From contig JAAEQW010000006.1 of the NCBI GenBank assembly GCA_024231025.1, positions 236 through 64,235 on the forward strand: DNA of 64,000 nt, in the 5' to 3' direction. This document shows, one piece after another, positions 20,324 to 30,352 of the stretch. Below the pieces are notes generated by a model. That model was given only the letters and a program-made list of their open reading frames with translations, was not told the origin of the DNA and did no database searches. This DNA is from Candidatus Omnitrophota bacterium. Its GTDB lineage: Bacteria; Omnitrophota; Gorgyraeia; Duberdicusellales; 4484-171. Within the stretch, counting starts at the first letter, position 1; every line of letters begins with the position of its first letter. The translations under genes and the position numbers were made by a program.

Positions 20324-21004
20324 CTACCTAGTTGCATATGATTTTATATTTTCCAACAATCCATAACAAAGAAGCTTATCTTCTAATTCAATGATATCAT
20401 CAGCACGAGGAAAAGATATTACTTTATCTTTTCTTTCGATAGACAAAACAAGTATGTTTTTCTCGATGAATCCAGCCTGAGCCAAGGATTCTCCATTTTC
20501 ACGGCTTTCAGGCACAATGATCAGCTGAGCTATGCCATAGCCCTTCGGAAGACGAAAAAGCTCTTCTAGGGTTCTTTGCTTAATTATTCCTCGAGCAATA
20601 ACACGCTTCTCGATAAATTTATTTAATGCTCGACCAAATCCGGGCAACTTAGTTAGCCGATAGAGAATAAATATAACACCGAGTAAAATTAGCGCTTTCT
20701 CAACATCGGCACTAAAGTTATCTTTACCGAAAGATAAAAATATACTGGCAATCATCGAAAAAATTCCAACCTTACCAAGAATCATCAAAACCGTTATTGT
20801 TCTGCGCCTTATGCCGTCTTCCAAAATCGTCTCAGCTTCTTTTGTAGTAAAGCCAGTACCCGTAAACGCAGATATTGCCTGAAAGCGCGCAGTTTTATCG
20901 TCAAGACCGGTTAACTTTAAAACAACCGTTGCAACCCTTACAATAAAGAAAAACACAACTGCAATTATTATTGTTGGTATTATCGCTGAAATTATCTCCA
21001 TCAC
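20324..21004 (-). CDS. Membrane protein with a C-terminal TrkA-C/RCK_C-like domain
   Basis: There are several N-terminal TM helices. The C-terminal region resembles the RCK_C fold. Confidence 0.4.
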   Translation of the reverse strand: MMEIISAIIPTIIIAVVFFFIVRVATVVLKLTGLDDKTARFQAISAFTGTGFTTKEAETILEDGIRRRTITVLMILGKVGIFSMIASIFLSFGKDNFSADVEKALILLGVIFILYRLTKLPGFGRALNKFIEKRVIARGIIKQRTLEELFRLPKGYGIAQLIIVPESRENGESLAQAGFIEKNILVLSIERKDKVISFPRADDIIELEDKLLCYGLLENIKSYATR

Positions 21005-21303
21005 TTTAACCTCGTTGCTAAATCAAATAATGTCTGAACCAAAAAATACTTTAAAAATATAATCACCAAAAAAGCAATAATCGGTGATATATCAAGACCA
21101 ATCTTAAAGTTTATCGGCAACATTCTTCTCACCAAACCTAATATCGGCTCAGTAGTTTTATTTAAAAACTGAACAATTGGATTGTAAGGATCAGGATTAA
21201 CCCAGCTCAATAAAGCACGTATCAAAATGAGCCAATAAAGTATTGTAAGAATAATATTGAAAATATTCGCTAACGCAATCAAAAAATTAGATAGTATAAA
21301 CAT
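21001..21303 (-). CDS. YggT family membrane protein
   Basis: ILYWLILIRALLSWVNPDPYNPIVQFL is YggT-like. Confidence 0.6.
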   Translation of the reverse strand: MFILSNFLIALANIFNIILTILYWLILIRALLSWVNPDPYNPIVQFLNKTTEPILGLVRRMLPINFKIGLDISPIIAFLVIIFLKYFLVQTLFDLATRLK

Positions 21304-21362
21304 AATTTCTAAAAATACTAAATTCCAAACGACACTTTAAAACATTCGGATTTTAAATTTTT

Positions 21363-22235
21363 TTATTTTTTGTAAAAATCGTAAACCAACAAAGAAAGTT
21401 GAGCAATAAAGCTTTTGCCTTGCTTGTATCCTTTAATTCCTTTAGATAAAACACATATCATATAATCGCCGCTATCAGTAAAAACAATACCGGCATCATG
21501 TAAAATACCGCGCTCCAACCCAGTTTTATGCGCAACAATGGTATCTTTCGGCAACAATTTTGGAATACGATCGTTTACCTTTTGCTTTTTCAAAAGTGAA
21601 AGCGCCAACTCCGAAAGACGACGACTAACTAAGTGTTTATTATAAATCTTTTCCAAAAAAAAGGCAACATCATTAATATCTGTATAATTTTCAATGCCTT
21701 TTCGGCGACTCACAAAATCCATCATTGGTCGGCGTAAAATTGTGTTTTTACCCCCTAATTCTTCAATGCTTTTGTTAATATAATCGAAACTCAGCAAGCT
21801 GATTACCTTGTTAGTTGCAGTGTTATCGCTGCCCGCGACCATCGCTTCCAAAAGCTCATTAAAAGTAAACTCAACTGGCAGCTTCATTGCTTTAATCTTT
21901 CCTGAGCCACCAGTAATGTCTTTACGCTTGATGGTTATTTTTGTGTTTAGCGATATTTTTTGCTCCTTTACGCCTTTCAGCGCCGCAGACAAAATATGAA
22001 TTTTTACAATACTTGCCGCAGGAAACTTTTTATCACGGCCATAAACAAACTCTAATTTTGGATAAGTTAAATCTTTAATAAGTACCGCGCAATCTATGCC
22101 TGATTGTTTTATATACTCGCTAGCAGAATTTTCTATTTTTTTAAAGCTGTGGGCTCGCTTGAATCTAGTATAAATTGGAACACCGGCCAAAACCAGAACA
22201 ACACATAACCCAAGTATGGTAAGTTTCTTTTTCAT
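21363..22235 (-). CDS. Class A beta-lactamase-like serine hydrolase, secreted
   Basis: It has a signal peptide and the SxxK (SIVK), SDN (GSDNTATN) and KTG (HKTGLE) motifs in the canonical order and spacing. Confidence 0.6.
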   Translation of the reverse strand: MKKKLTILGLCVVLVLAGVPIYTRFKRAHSFKKIENSASEYIKQSGIDCAVLIKDLTYPKLEFVYGRDKKFPAASIVKIHILSAALKGVKEQKISLNTKITIKRKDITGGSGKIKAMKLPVEFTFNELLEAMVAGSDNTATNKVISLLSFDYINKSIEELGGKNTILRRPMMDFVSRRKGIENYTDINDVAFFLEKIYNKHLVSRRLSELALSLLKKQKVNDRIPKLLPKDTIVAHKTGLERGILHDAGIVFTDSGDYMICVLSKGIKGYKQGKSFIAQLSLLVYDFYKK

Positions 22236-22247
22236 ATTAAAAAAATT

Positions 22248-23714
22248 TTAGTGTTCTTTTGAAAAGTGCGCAAATAAATAACTGAGCAATGCCACAACTA
22301 TCAGCACCAACCATCCAAAACAGAAAATCGCCCACTGGGGATATCCTTCATAAGGCGTTCTAATATCCTGAATGAATGAATTAATAAGCAACGCTATAAG
22401 CAAAACTGGAATAACAAATTTTATTAATATGCTCCACCATTTCCCAATCTTCACGTCAGAAACACTATTAATATATTTACGTAATTTTTCCGCACCATAA
22501 AACCAACCAATCGCAATCGCTTCCAATAATCCAGCAATCACAAGTCCGTAATTTGTTATGAAATGATCAGTAATATCAAGATAATACAATCCAGCAAAGC
22601 TAGCAAAAATAATCCCACAACTAAAACCAATAACACAAACGTACAAAGAAATATCTTCTTTTCTAAGATCCGGATATTTATCATGGATAACCGTTGCCGC
22701 AGCTTCAACCAAAGAGAAAGCACTGTCAATTGCTAAAGTAACAAGCATAATAAAAAACAGCACCGCAAACACCGGCGCAAAAGGAATTAAAGATAGTGCC
22801 TTTGGAAAAACTATAAACGCAAGACTCGGCCCCGATGCAGCTAACTCAGAAATTGGCGTAGCACTTTTTGTTGCCATATAGCCTAAAGTTGAAAACACCG
22901 CAAACCCAGCCAGAATGGAAATTCCAGAATTCATTAATGATGTTATTATCGCACTTTTTGCAATATCGCTTTTTTCGTGTTGATAGCTTGCATAAGCAAT
23001 CATTATTCCAAAAGCTAAGCTTAAAGTAAAAAATATCTGACTCATTGCCGCCGACCATACTTCAAGATCCAACAACGCTTTAAAATTAGGTTTTAAATAA
23101 AAAATAATCCCATCCATCGCTCCCGGCAGGGTAATGCCACGAATAAGCAGGACAACCAGCAATATAATCGGCAGCGGCATAGTAATTAAAACAACTTTGC
23201 CTACGCTTTTTACGCCTTTCCAAACTGAGAAATAAACTAAAACCCAAGCAATAACCAAAGCAAGTATGATTTGTGGCGAAATAAATCCAATATCCGCTGG
23301 GCCACTGCTTAAGTGAAGTACCTTGTTAAAGAAAAAATCTTTTGTGTCAACACCCCACTTTAAGCTGAACGAATAAAATGTGTAAAGCAGCGACCACGCC
23401 ATAACAACGGCATAATAGCTAACCACAACAAAACCACATAAAACCGCACCAAGCCCAATACCAGAAAGTTTCCCGCGTATTTTGCCAAAAGAATTAACCG
23501 CACCAACTTGCATTTTCTGCCCAATTGCAAATTCCATAATCAAAAGTGGAACCCCAATGATTGCAAGCATTAAGACATAAGGAATAAGAAAAGCTCCTCC
23601 GCCATACTTCCCTGCCAAATAAGGAAACCGCCACACATTACCCAGCCCCACCGCCGAACCCACCGCAGCAAAGATAAATATCATTTTTGACGACCATCTT
23701 TGACGATCTTTCAT
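22248..23714 (-). CDS. Sodium-dependent transporter of the NSS/SNF family
   Basis: GLGNVWRFPYLAGKYGGGAFLIPY is the NSS signature, and the protein has 11-12 TM segments. Confidence 0.85.
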   Translation of the reverse strand: MKDRQRWSSKMIFIFAAVGSAVGLGNVWRFPYLAGKYGGGAFLIPYVLMLAIIGVPLLIMEFAIGQKMQVGAVNSFGKIRGKLSGIGLGAVLCGFVVVSYYAVVMAWSLLYTFYSFSLKWGVDTKDFFFNKVLHLSSGPADIGFISPQIILALVIAWVLVYFSVWKGVKSVGKVVLITMPLPIILLVVLLIRGITLPGAMDGIIFYLKPNFKALLDLEVWSAAMSQIFFTLSLAFGIMIAYASYQHEKSDIAKSAIITSLMNSGISILAGFAVFSTLGYMATKSATPISELAASGPSLAFIVFPKALSLIPFAPVFAVLFFIMLVTLAIDSAFSLVEAAATVIHDKYPDLRKEDISLYVCVIGFSCGIIFASFAGLYYLDITDHFITNYGLVIAGLLEAIAIGWFYGAEKLRKYINSVSDVKIGKWWSILIKFVIPVLLIALLINSFIQDIRTPYEGYPQWAIFCFGWLVLIVVALLSYLFAHFSKEH

Positions 23715-23732
23715 ATAAATTCTCCAATAAAA

Positions 23733-23985
23733 TTGCAGCCATCTAGGGTTATTCCCTAAATTTTATTGGCACTGAGGGTTCCGCCCCGAAGTGCCTGAAT
23801 AATACTTCGCCTTTAATTGCACCCATCTAGGGTTATTCCCTAAATTTTATTGGCACTGAGGGTTCCGCCCCGAAGTGCCTGAATAATACTTCGCCTTTAA
23901 TTGCACCCATCTAGGGTGATTCCCTAAATTTTATTAGCACTGAGGGTTCCGCCCCGAAGTGCCTTGATAAACCCTTCACCTTAAG
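23733..23985. repeat. 84-bp tandem direct repeat, about 2.8 copies, each unit carrying two small hairpins
   Basis: Units start at 23733, 23817 and 23901. The first two are identical except for one base, and the third decays. Each unit contains AGGG-TTATT-CCCT and GGCACT-N16-AGTGCC stems. The repeat lies in the leader of the NSS transporter. Confidence 0.8.
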
Positions 23986-24117
23986 CACCGCAATTTCGTT
24001 TTATTATACCAGTTTTTTAGTGGTTTTAAATAGAAAAGGAAAAACGATTAAAGGGGGAAAACTCAAAAAAGGGAACGGTTCTATTTAATTGGTACCAGGT
24101 ACGCATTATAAAAAAAA

Positions 24118-24150
24118 CCGACCCCCTAAAATAGAGAGTCGGCTTAAACA
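24118..24150 (-). terminator. Putative rho-independent terminator after the anti-sigma/vWA gene
   Basis: The minus-strand reading gives a GCCGAC...GTCGG stem followed by a T8 run. Confidence 0.4.
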
Positions 24151-24157
24151 ATCTTAA

Positions 24158-26335
24158 CTATTTGACTAATAGCTCAGCGGTTTCAACGATCCTGATAAAC
24201 TCAGCTCGATAACCATTTTCATCAGCTCCCTTAGCGGTTTTTGCCCTAATTAATACCTGGCCATAACTTGCATTCGCCTTATGCTCCGAGTTTCTAAGCA
24301 ACATACCGAATTCAGCAACGCTAGAAGCAAAATTATAATTATTAGAAATTTCCCATTCTTGAGAAGCACTGACTTTATTGGTTATTAGCTTACTCACGTC
24401 TTCATCGGGTTTCTTGTAACGCAATTTAACGGTCATTAGGTCATCACTTTTGGCTACTGTAGTTTGCTGATAAGTTAGTGCATCGACTTTACCAAACTCT
24501 TCCTTAGAGGCAGCTGGTACTATCTCATAAAGTGCGGTTACGCGATGCCCTGCGCCCAATTCTCCAGCATCTTTTTTGTCATCATTGAAATCTTCTTTTT
24601 TAAGCATCCTGTTCTCATAACCAATCAAACGATAAGCCTTAACTTTTGATGGATTAAACTCAATCTGAATCTTTACATCTTTTGCAATTGTGAGTAGCGT
24701 TCCTGTTAGTTGTTTAACAAAAACTTTTTTGGCTTCTAGCAGGTTGTCAATGTAGGCATAATTACCATTGCCTTTATCAGCGATGCCCTCCATCTTAGAG
24801 TCTTTGTAATTACCTGCACCAAATCCTAAAGCAGTTAAGAATATACCTTTGTCGCGATTGGCCTCAATTAGCCTAACCATCTCAGCATTACTACTTGCTC
24901 CGACATTGAAATCGCCATCGGTAGCAAGAATTACTCGGTTGTTACCATCTTTAAGAAAGTTTTCTTCTGCAATCTTATATGCAAGTTTAATGCCTGCTCC
25001 ACCGGCAGTAGAACCACCAGCGGATAGATTATCGATTGCCCGAGAAATGCTTTCTTTTTCGTTACCTGGTGTAGAGTCAAGCACCATCCCTGCTGCTCCG
25101 GCATAAACAACAATTGACACTCTATCTTCTTGACGCAGTTGCTTAACCAGTAGCTTGAATGCTTGCTTTAATAAAGGTAGCTTTTGCGCATTGTTCATTG
25201 ACCCGGATACATCAATAAGAAAAACTAAGTTGTTTGACGGCACATCTTCCATTGGAACCTCTTTACCTTGCAAACCAACTAAAGCTAACTTATGATCACT
25301 ATTCCAAGGACAGATTCCAACTTCACTTATAATTGAAAATGGATCATCACCTGTAGGTTGTGGATACTGGTAATCAAAGTAATTAATCATCTCCTCAATT
25401 CGCACCGCATCCTTAGGTGGAAGCCTTCTCTGGTCCATGATGTAGCGACGAGTATTGGCATAGGATGCAGTATCAACATCAATTGAGAATGTAGAAAGCG
25501 GATTCTCAAGAGCCTCTAGAAAATCATTCTCATAAATTCTGTCATAGCCCTCGGTATTTGATTGTTCTTGGTAACCAAGACCATCTTCTGCGACTGAAAG
25601 ATTCGTAAGGCTCTGAAATCTCATGCCTGCATCAGAGAATGATGCCCCAAAATCTACGATTGATGTCTCGTATGGTACATAATTTTCTGCAGATAAATTT
25701 CCTGTTACTTTACCACCGTGTGGTACAATATGGCGGCTATCGCTTCGGTTTGTACTACCTTTAAAAACTATCGAGTCTTTTTTCAAAGCTGTAAAATCTT
25801 TCCAATTTTTACCCGACGCAGCCATAGAAACCTTAGGTCTTTTCGCAGAACCAAGTGAAAAAGCACCTGCAACTGGCTCTTTCTCATCGACAACAGCAGA
25901 ATAACCTTTTAGGTTGGATTTTTTGTTTTCACTGTCAAGGACTCCATTATCAACAATCCTCTGAGTAGAGCCTAACATCTTCCCCTGAAAACCTTTTTTT
26001 ATGAAAGTTTGAGAACCAACCATCACAAACACCAACATCATAACTAAAGCCACGGATCCGGCACTAATAAAAATTTTCTTTCTCATTGCCATCACCCCCT
26101 TATATTTATCACCTAAAAAATCCTGCTTAATTTTCTGCTCTAAATCCAGTGAGATTTCCTCATCTTTGTACGAAGGAAGAATATCTGACATTTTTTTCAG
26201 CTGTTGATAATAGTCATTGCAGTTTTTACAGCTTTTTAAATGCCCTCTTAGTGCCTCTCTTTGATTAAAAGAAACTTCTCCGTCAATATAAGCAGAAATT
26301 AACTTTTTCATCCCCAAACATGTAAACTTCATCTT
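24158..26335 (-). CDS. Anti-sigma factor (zf-HC2) fused to a single TM, a von Willebrand factor A domain and a YfbK/DUF3520-like C-terminus
   Basis: The N-terminus has the CLGMKKLISAYIDGE...HLKSCKNCN anti-sigma zinc finger. One TM segment follows. The vWA MIDAS motif is VFLIDVSGSMN...ATDGDFNVG. The likely start at 26335 abuts the ECF sigma stop. Confidence 0.65.
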   Translation of the reverse strand, partial: KMKFTCLGMKKLISAYIDGEVSFNQREALRGHLKSCKNCNDYYQQLKKMSDILPSYKDEEISLDLEQKIKQDFLGDKYKGVMAMRKKIFISAGSVALVMMLVFVMVGSQTFIKKGFQGKMLGSTQRIVDNGVLDSENKKSNLKGYSAVVDEKEPVAGAFSLGSAKRPKVSMAASGKNWKDFTALKKDSIVFKGSTNRSDSRHIVPHGGKVTGNLSAENYVPYETSIVDFGASFSDAGMRFQSLTNLSVAEDGLGYQEQSNTEGYDRIYENDFLEALENPLSTFSIDVDTASYANTRRYIMDQRRLPPKDAVRIEEMINYFDYQYPQPTGDDPFSIISEVGICPWNSDHKLALVGLQGKEVPMEDVPSNNLVFLIDVSGSMNNAQKLPLLKQAFKLLVKQLRQEDRVSIVVYAGAAGMVLDSTPGNEKESISRAIDNLSAGGSTAGGAGIKLAYKIAEENFLKDGNNRVILATDGDFNVGASSNAEMVRLIEANRDKGIFLTALGFGAGNYKDSKMEGIADKGNGNYAYIDNLLEAKKVFVKQLTGTLLTIAKDVKIQIEFNPSKVKAYRLIGYENRMLKKEDFNDDKKDAGELGAGHRVTALYEIVPAASKEEFGKVDALTYQQTTVAKSDDLMTVKLRYKKPDEDVSKLITNKVSASQEWEISNNYNFASSVAEFGMLLRNSEHKANASYGQVLIRAKTAKGADENGYRAEFIRIVETAELLVK

Positions 26336-26925
26336 GCCTCCTCTATAAGGGGTAATAGATCCTTTCTTAATCTTTCCCTCCCCCGAAAAATAAGGACCTT
26401 CACCTTGCTTATAGTACAACTTAAAACAGAACTAATTTCCTGATAGCTTAGCTGCTGATACTCTCGCAGGATTAAAGCTTCTCGTAAATTAAGAGGAAGT
26501 TTGTTGATTGCTCTTTTTACGAACAAAGCGTTGTCGGATTTTTCAGCATTTTCATCAGGCAAATTCTTAAAATCGGGAATATCCCATTGTTTATATTCTT
26601 TATCGTTTTTATCCTGTTTACTCCAAATAAAAACGATTCTTTTCTTTTTTCGAATTATGTTAATGCAAACATTATGCGCAATCGTATAAAGCCAAGTTGA
26701 AAACTTTGCGCCTTTTTTAGGAGTGTATGAATCTTTCTTGTTGGTAAGAATGTAGAACGTTTCGCCAACAGCATCTTCGGCATCGGCCCGATTGTTTAAA
26801 ATGCGAAAAGCATAATTAAGAATCGGTTTTTTGTATCTTTGGAAAATCTCTTCTAATGCGTCTAGATTGCCTAATTTATAGTCGGTCATGAGTGCCTCGT
26901 CTGGTTTTTTCATTTCTTCTCTCAT
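26329..26925 (-). CDS. ECF-subfamily RNA polymerase sigma-70 factor
   Basis: Sigma region 2 (ILNYAFRILNNRADAEDAVGETF) and region 4 (LSYQEISSVLSCTISKVK) are both present. Confidence 0.8.
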   Translation of the reverse strand: MREEMKKPDEALMTDYKLGNLDALEEIFQRYKKPILNYAFRILNNRADAEDAVGETFYILTNKKDSYTPKKGAKFSTWLYTIAHNVCINIIRKKKRIVFIWSKQDKNDKEYKQWDIPDFKNLPDENAEKSDNALFVKRAINKLPLNLREALILREYQQLSYQEISSVLSCTISKVKVLIFRGRERLRKDLLPLIEEAR

Positions 26926-27028
26926 TAGCCCTTCGTCTTCCAGGGGCGCTCAGGATTAATCGGCTAACCCCTTGCTACTCTCGGGAAGTCTCATTAAGTT
27001 AAACGCATAGAAATTGAAAAAGTTACAA

Positions 27029-27439
27029 CTATTTTCGATTATCCAGACTTTGGCCCATTTTTAGGTAGTAAATATCTGATTTATTATCTAAAATCACTTC
27101 TTCTTCTCGAATATCCACTATTTTATAGGGGCCGATTTGATCGCCAACGGCATACTCACGCCCATTAAAAATAGCGATCGGATCAGGCAATGTGGCTATG
27201 CTCTGAAGAACTATCGACTTTGATGACCTCTGCTCTTGGCTAACTAGCGTATCGTTTATGTCGTAAGTTCCTTTATCGAAATAATTATGATACTCCATTT
27301 TTGGGGAAGTTTCACTTGGAACTCTTTGCCGATAGCGTTTACCCACTATTTTGCTTAAAGCAACAATCAAGACCAAAACAATAGCAGCAGTTATGCAAGC
27401 TGTTGTTATCATTAGTATTTTTTTATCTTTTATGTTCAT
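27029..27439 (-). CDS. Hypothetical membrane-anchored protein
   Basis: A single N-terminal TM helix is present. There are no recognisable motifs. Confidence 0.35.
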   Translation of the reverse strand: MNIKDKKILMITTACITAAIVLVLIVALSKIVGKRYRQRVPSETSPKMEYHNYFDKGTYDINDTLVSQEQRSSKSIVLQSIATLPDPIAIFNGREYAVGDQIGPYKIVDIREEEVILDNKSDIYYLKMGQSLDNRK

Positions 27440-27482
27440 CCCCTTAGACCTCCTTATGCAATTGCCACCAAACCATCAAGGT

Positions 27483-28145
27483 TTAATCGGCTTCATTCTG
27501 CCTTCTTTTATTTAGAAACTCTTTCATATCTTTTGGTAGATCGAGCTTTAAGTCAACTCTTTCTTTGCTGATTGGGTGAATAAAACTTAAAAAGAAAGCG
27601 TGCAGCGCCAACCTTTTGAAATTAATTGTAAAATTACGGCGAAGGGCATATTTGTCTTCACCCAATATTGGGTTACCGCATTCGGAAAGCTGAATTCTTA
27701 GCTGGTTTGTTCTTCCGGTTAAAGGACGCAATTCAACAACGCTAAAACCGTCAAAAAACATAATTTGCCGATAAATTGTTTTCGCAAGTTTTTCTTTCTC
27801 ACCAAAACGCCGGCCTTCTTTATCTAGAATATTACCGACTAAAACTCCTTTTTTCTTCTTCAGCCCTCCTTTAACAAAAGCAATGTATCTCTTTTGCACC
27901 TGCTGCTGTTTAAATTGACTGGCAATGTTTTTGTGTGATTTTTTGTCTTTAGCGTAAATCAGTAAACCCGTAGTTTGCCGATCTAAGCGATGACAAGGAA
28001 AAACATTCTCTCTTAAATTTTCTTTAAGCAGAGCGGTGAGAGTGTGCTTCTCCTTTTTTGGTGTAGGATGCACTAGAATTTTGGCAGTCTTGTTGACCAC
28101 AATTAAAAACTCATCGTTAAAAACTATTTCGTATGGATTTTCCAT
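27483..28145 (-). CDS. RluA-family pseudouridine synthase
   Basis: HRLDRQTTGLLIYAKD contains the catalytic Asp motif. Confidence 0.8.
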   Translation of the reverse strand: MENPYEIVFNDEFLIVVNKTAKILVHPTPKKEKHTLTALLKENLRENVFPCHRLDRQTTGLLIYAKDKKSHKNIASQFKQQQVQKRYIAFVKGGLKKKKGVLVGNILDKEGRRFGEKEKLAKTIYRQIMFFDGFSVVELRPLTGRTNQLRIQLSECGNPILGEDKYALRRNFTINFKRLALHAFFLSFIHPISKERVDLKLDLPKDMKEFLNKRRQNEAD

Positions 28146-28266
28146 TTAATAAATACCTTGTTTGAACATTTGAACAAATGAATCATCAAATAATATTCGT
28201 CAATACATTGCAAAAAGTAACGGAGGTCGCCTATTATCAGGTCTCGACTTGACCATCTGACCCTAG

Positions 28267-29433
28267 TTAATTATTGTGCTTTTGTGGAAATATTCCATCC
28301 ATTCCTTTTATGATTTCATCAAAAGGGACAATCTCAACTTTCTTATGCAGAGAGTAGCGTTTTTTGCCTGGGTAAATAACAGCAACTCGTGATAATCCCA
28401 AATCGTCTAAAGCTATGCGAATTGACGAAGTCATAACCGGAGCATCAGCACGCTTGATTTCTACACCATACATGCGTCCACCTCTGTTAAATACGAGGTC
28501 AATTTCTGCACCCTGATGCGTAGCCCAAAAATAAACATCATCCAGGTCAAGAAAACGAATTAATTGCTCAATAACGAATCCTTCCCATGACCCGCCACAA
28601 ATCGGATGCCGTAAAACCTCAGCCTCTGTTTTCAAGCCTAGCAGAGAATGCAAAATTCCTGTATCGCGGATATAAACTTTGGGAGACTTGACCTGGCGTT
28701 TCTTCATGTTTACATGCCAAGGCTGAAGTTGACGCACCATAAACACGCCAGTAAAAATATCTAAATATTTCCTGACAGTCGGCTCCGAAATACCTAAAGA
28801 CGATGCGATAGGCGCAGCACTCCATATCTGACTATGACTATTAGCAAGCATAGACCAAAAACGATGCAAAGTAACAGACGGTAAATCAATCCGCTGTTTC
28901 CTTAAATCACGCTCAAGAAATGTTTTAATAAAACTTTTAATCCAAGCAAAGCCATCCTTGTCATTTTCAGCTAAAAAGGATAACGGAAACCCTCCCCTTA
29001 GCCAAAGTCGAGAAGCTTTACCCCTACCGACTTCTGATAAATCGAAACCTCCCATTTCAATCAACTCCAATCTCCCGGCAAGAGATTCTGAAGATTGTCG
29101 TAAAAGATCATGTGAAGCACTACCAAGAATCAGAAACTTTGAAGGCAACGGCTTACGGTCCAAAAGAACACGTAAAACAGGAAAAAGTTCCGGTTTTTGT
29201 TGAACCTCATCAATAACAACTAAACCCTTTAAAGACTCAAGAACATTTTTAGGATTAGCCAAGGCTACAAGACTACTTTGATCTTCCAGATCAAAATAAT
29301 TGGGTGAGTCAATATCAACTAATTCCCTAGCCAATGTTGTTTTACCGCATTGACGCGGACCCAAAAGAGCTGTGGCCCGACTTCGCCTAAGTGCTGTTTT
29401 TATATGTTGAATATACTGAGGTCTATTAACCAT
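28267..29433 (-). CDS. AAA+ ATPase with DUF4143-like C-terminal domain
   Basis: The Walker A motif LLGPRQCGKTT is followed by a C-terminal region typical of the AAA_14/DUF4143 family. Confidence 0.65.
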   Translation of the reverse strand: MVNRPQYIQHIKTALRRSRATALLGPRQCGKTTLARELVDIDSPNYFDLEDQSSLVALANPKNVLESLKGLVVIDEVQQKPELFPVLRVLLDRKPLPSKFLILGSASHDLLRQSSESLAGRLELIEMGGFDLSEVGRGKASRLWLRGGFPLSFLAENDKDGFAWIKSFIKTFLERDLRKQRIDLPSVTLHRFWSMLANSHSQIWSAAPIASSLGISEPTVRKYLDIFTGVFMVRQLQPWHVNMKKRQVKSPKVYIRDTGILHSLLGLKTEAEVLRHPICGGSWEGFVIEQLIRFLDLDDVYFWATHQGAEIDLVFNRGGRMYGVEIKRADAPVMTSSIRIALDDLGLSRVAVIYPGKKRYSLHKKVEIVPFDEIIKGMDGIFPQKHNN

Positions 29434-29653
29434 ACCTGGAATATACCATGAAATAAGAAACTGTCAACTTCTTTTTTCATGGGAAATAAGTGGGGACGGA
29501 GTTAGTTTAACCGTTTTACTAGAGATGTCAATAAACTATTGGACTAACTCCACCCTCTTTTATTTCGTTGCAAATAATTCTGCAACATGGGATAATGACG
29601 CAAATAATATTAAAATCAGACCCAAATACAATTGATCAAAATAGTAATATACT

Positions 29654-30352
29654 ATGTTTAATACCCTAAAAGATCTATTTTTTCCCAGAATTTGCTTTAG
29701 CTGTAATACAAAAATACAAAACGGTTACATCTGTCAAAAATGCTTTGATAAAATAGACTTTATTACTCATCCAGCATGCCGATTATGTTCAAAACCGTTA
29801 AGCGACAACTCAAACCAATTATGCCAAAAGTGCTTTGGGCAAAACCCTCCCTACCATAGAATCATAAGTATCGCCAGCTACAAACCGCCGATAACCGAAC
29901 TAATCCATTTGTTCAAGTATAAAAACCACGACTACCTCAAAGAGCTACTGGCCTCAATAATGGTTTCCCGCTTAGAAAAAATCGGCTTTGAAATAAAGGA
30001 CTACTCTATGGTAACGGCTGTTCCGACTCATCTTGACAAATTGAAAGAAAGAGGGTATAACCAAGCTTCTCTATTAGGAAAAAAGTTAGCAAACCATTTT
30101 AAAATACCCTTCACAGATGATATAATCTATGGAAGGAAAAGTCGGCCTGCTCAGGTGAAACTTAAAAAAGCACAACGACAGACTGGCATAAAGGAAGCTT
30201 TTCAAGTAAAAAAGCAAATAAAGGGCGAAAACATAATAATCGTTGACGACATAGTAACAACCGGATCAACAATCACTGAATGCGCCCTTACCCTTAAAAA
30301 GGCAGGAGCAAAACGTATAACCGCTATAACCTTGGCAAAAACAATACTATGA
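29654..30352 (+). CDS. comF: ComF-family protein (phosphoribosyltransferase domain with N-terminal zinc finger)
   Basis: N-terminal CxxC pairs are present together with the PRTase motif IIVDDIVTTGSTI. Confidence 0.7.
   Translation: MFNTLKDLFFPRICFSCNTKIQNGYICQKCFDKIDFITHPACRLCSKPLSDNSNQLCQKCFGQNPPYHRIISIASYKPPITELIHLFKYKNHDYLKELLASIMVSRLEKIGFEIKDYSMVTAVPTHLDKLKERGYNQASLLGKKLANHFKIPFTDDIIYGRKSRPAQVKLKKAQRQTGIKEAFQVKKQIKGENIIIVDDIVTTGSTITECALTLKKAGAKRITAITLAKTIL

Noticed and set aside
23733-23985. Possibility that the 84-bp tandem repeats form a CRISPR array
   Set aside because: The units abut one another with no unique spacers, the period is far longer than a CRISPR repeat, and no cas genes are adjacent.
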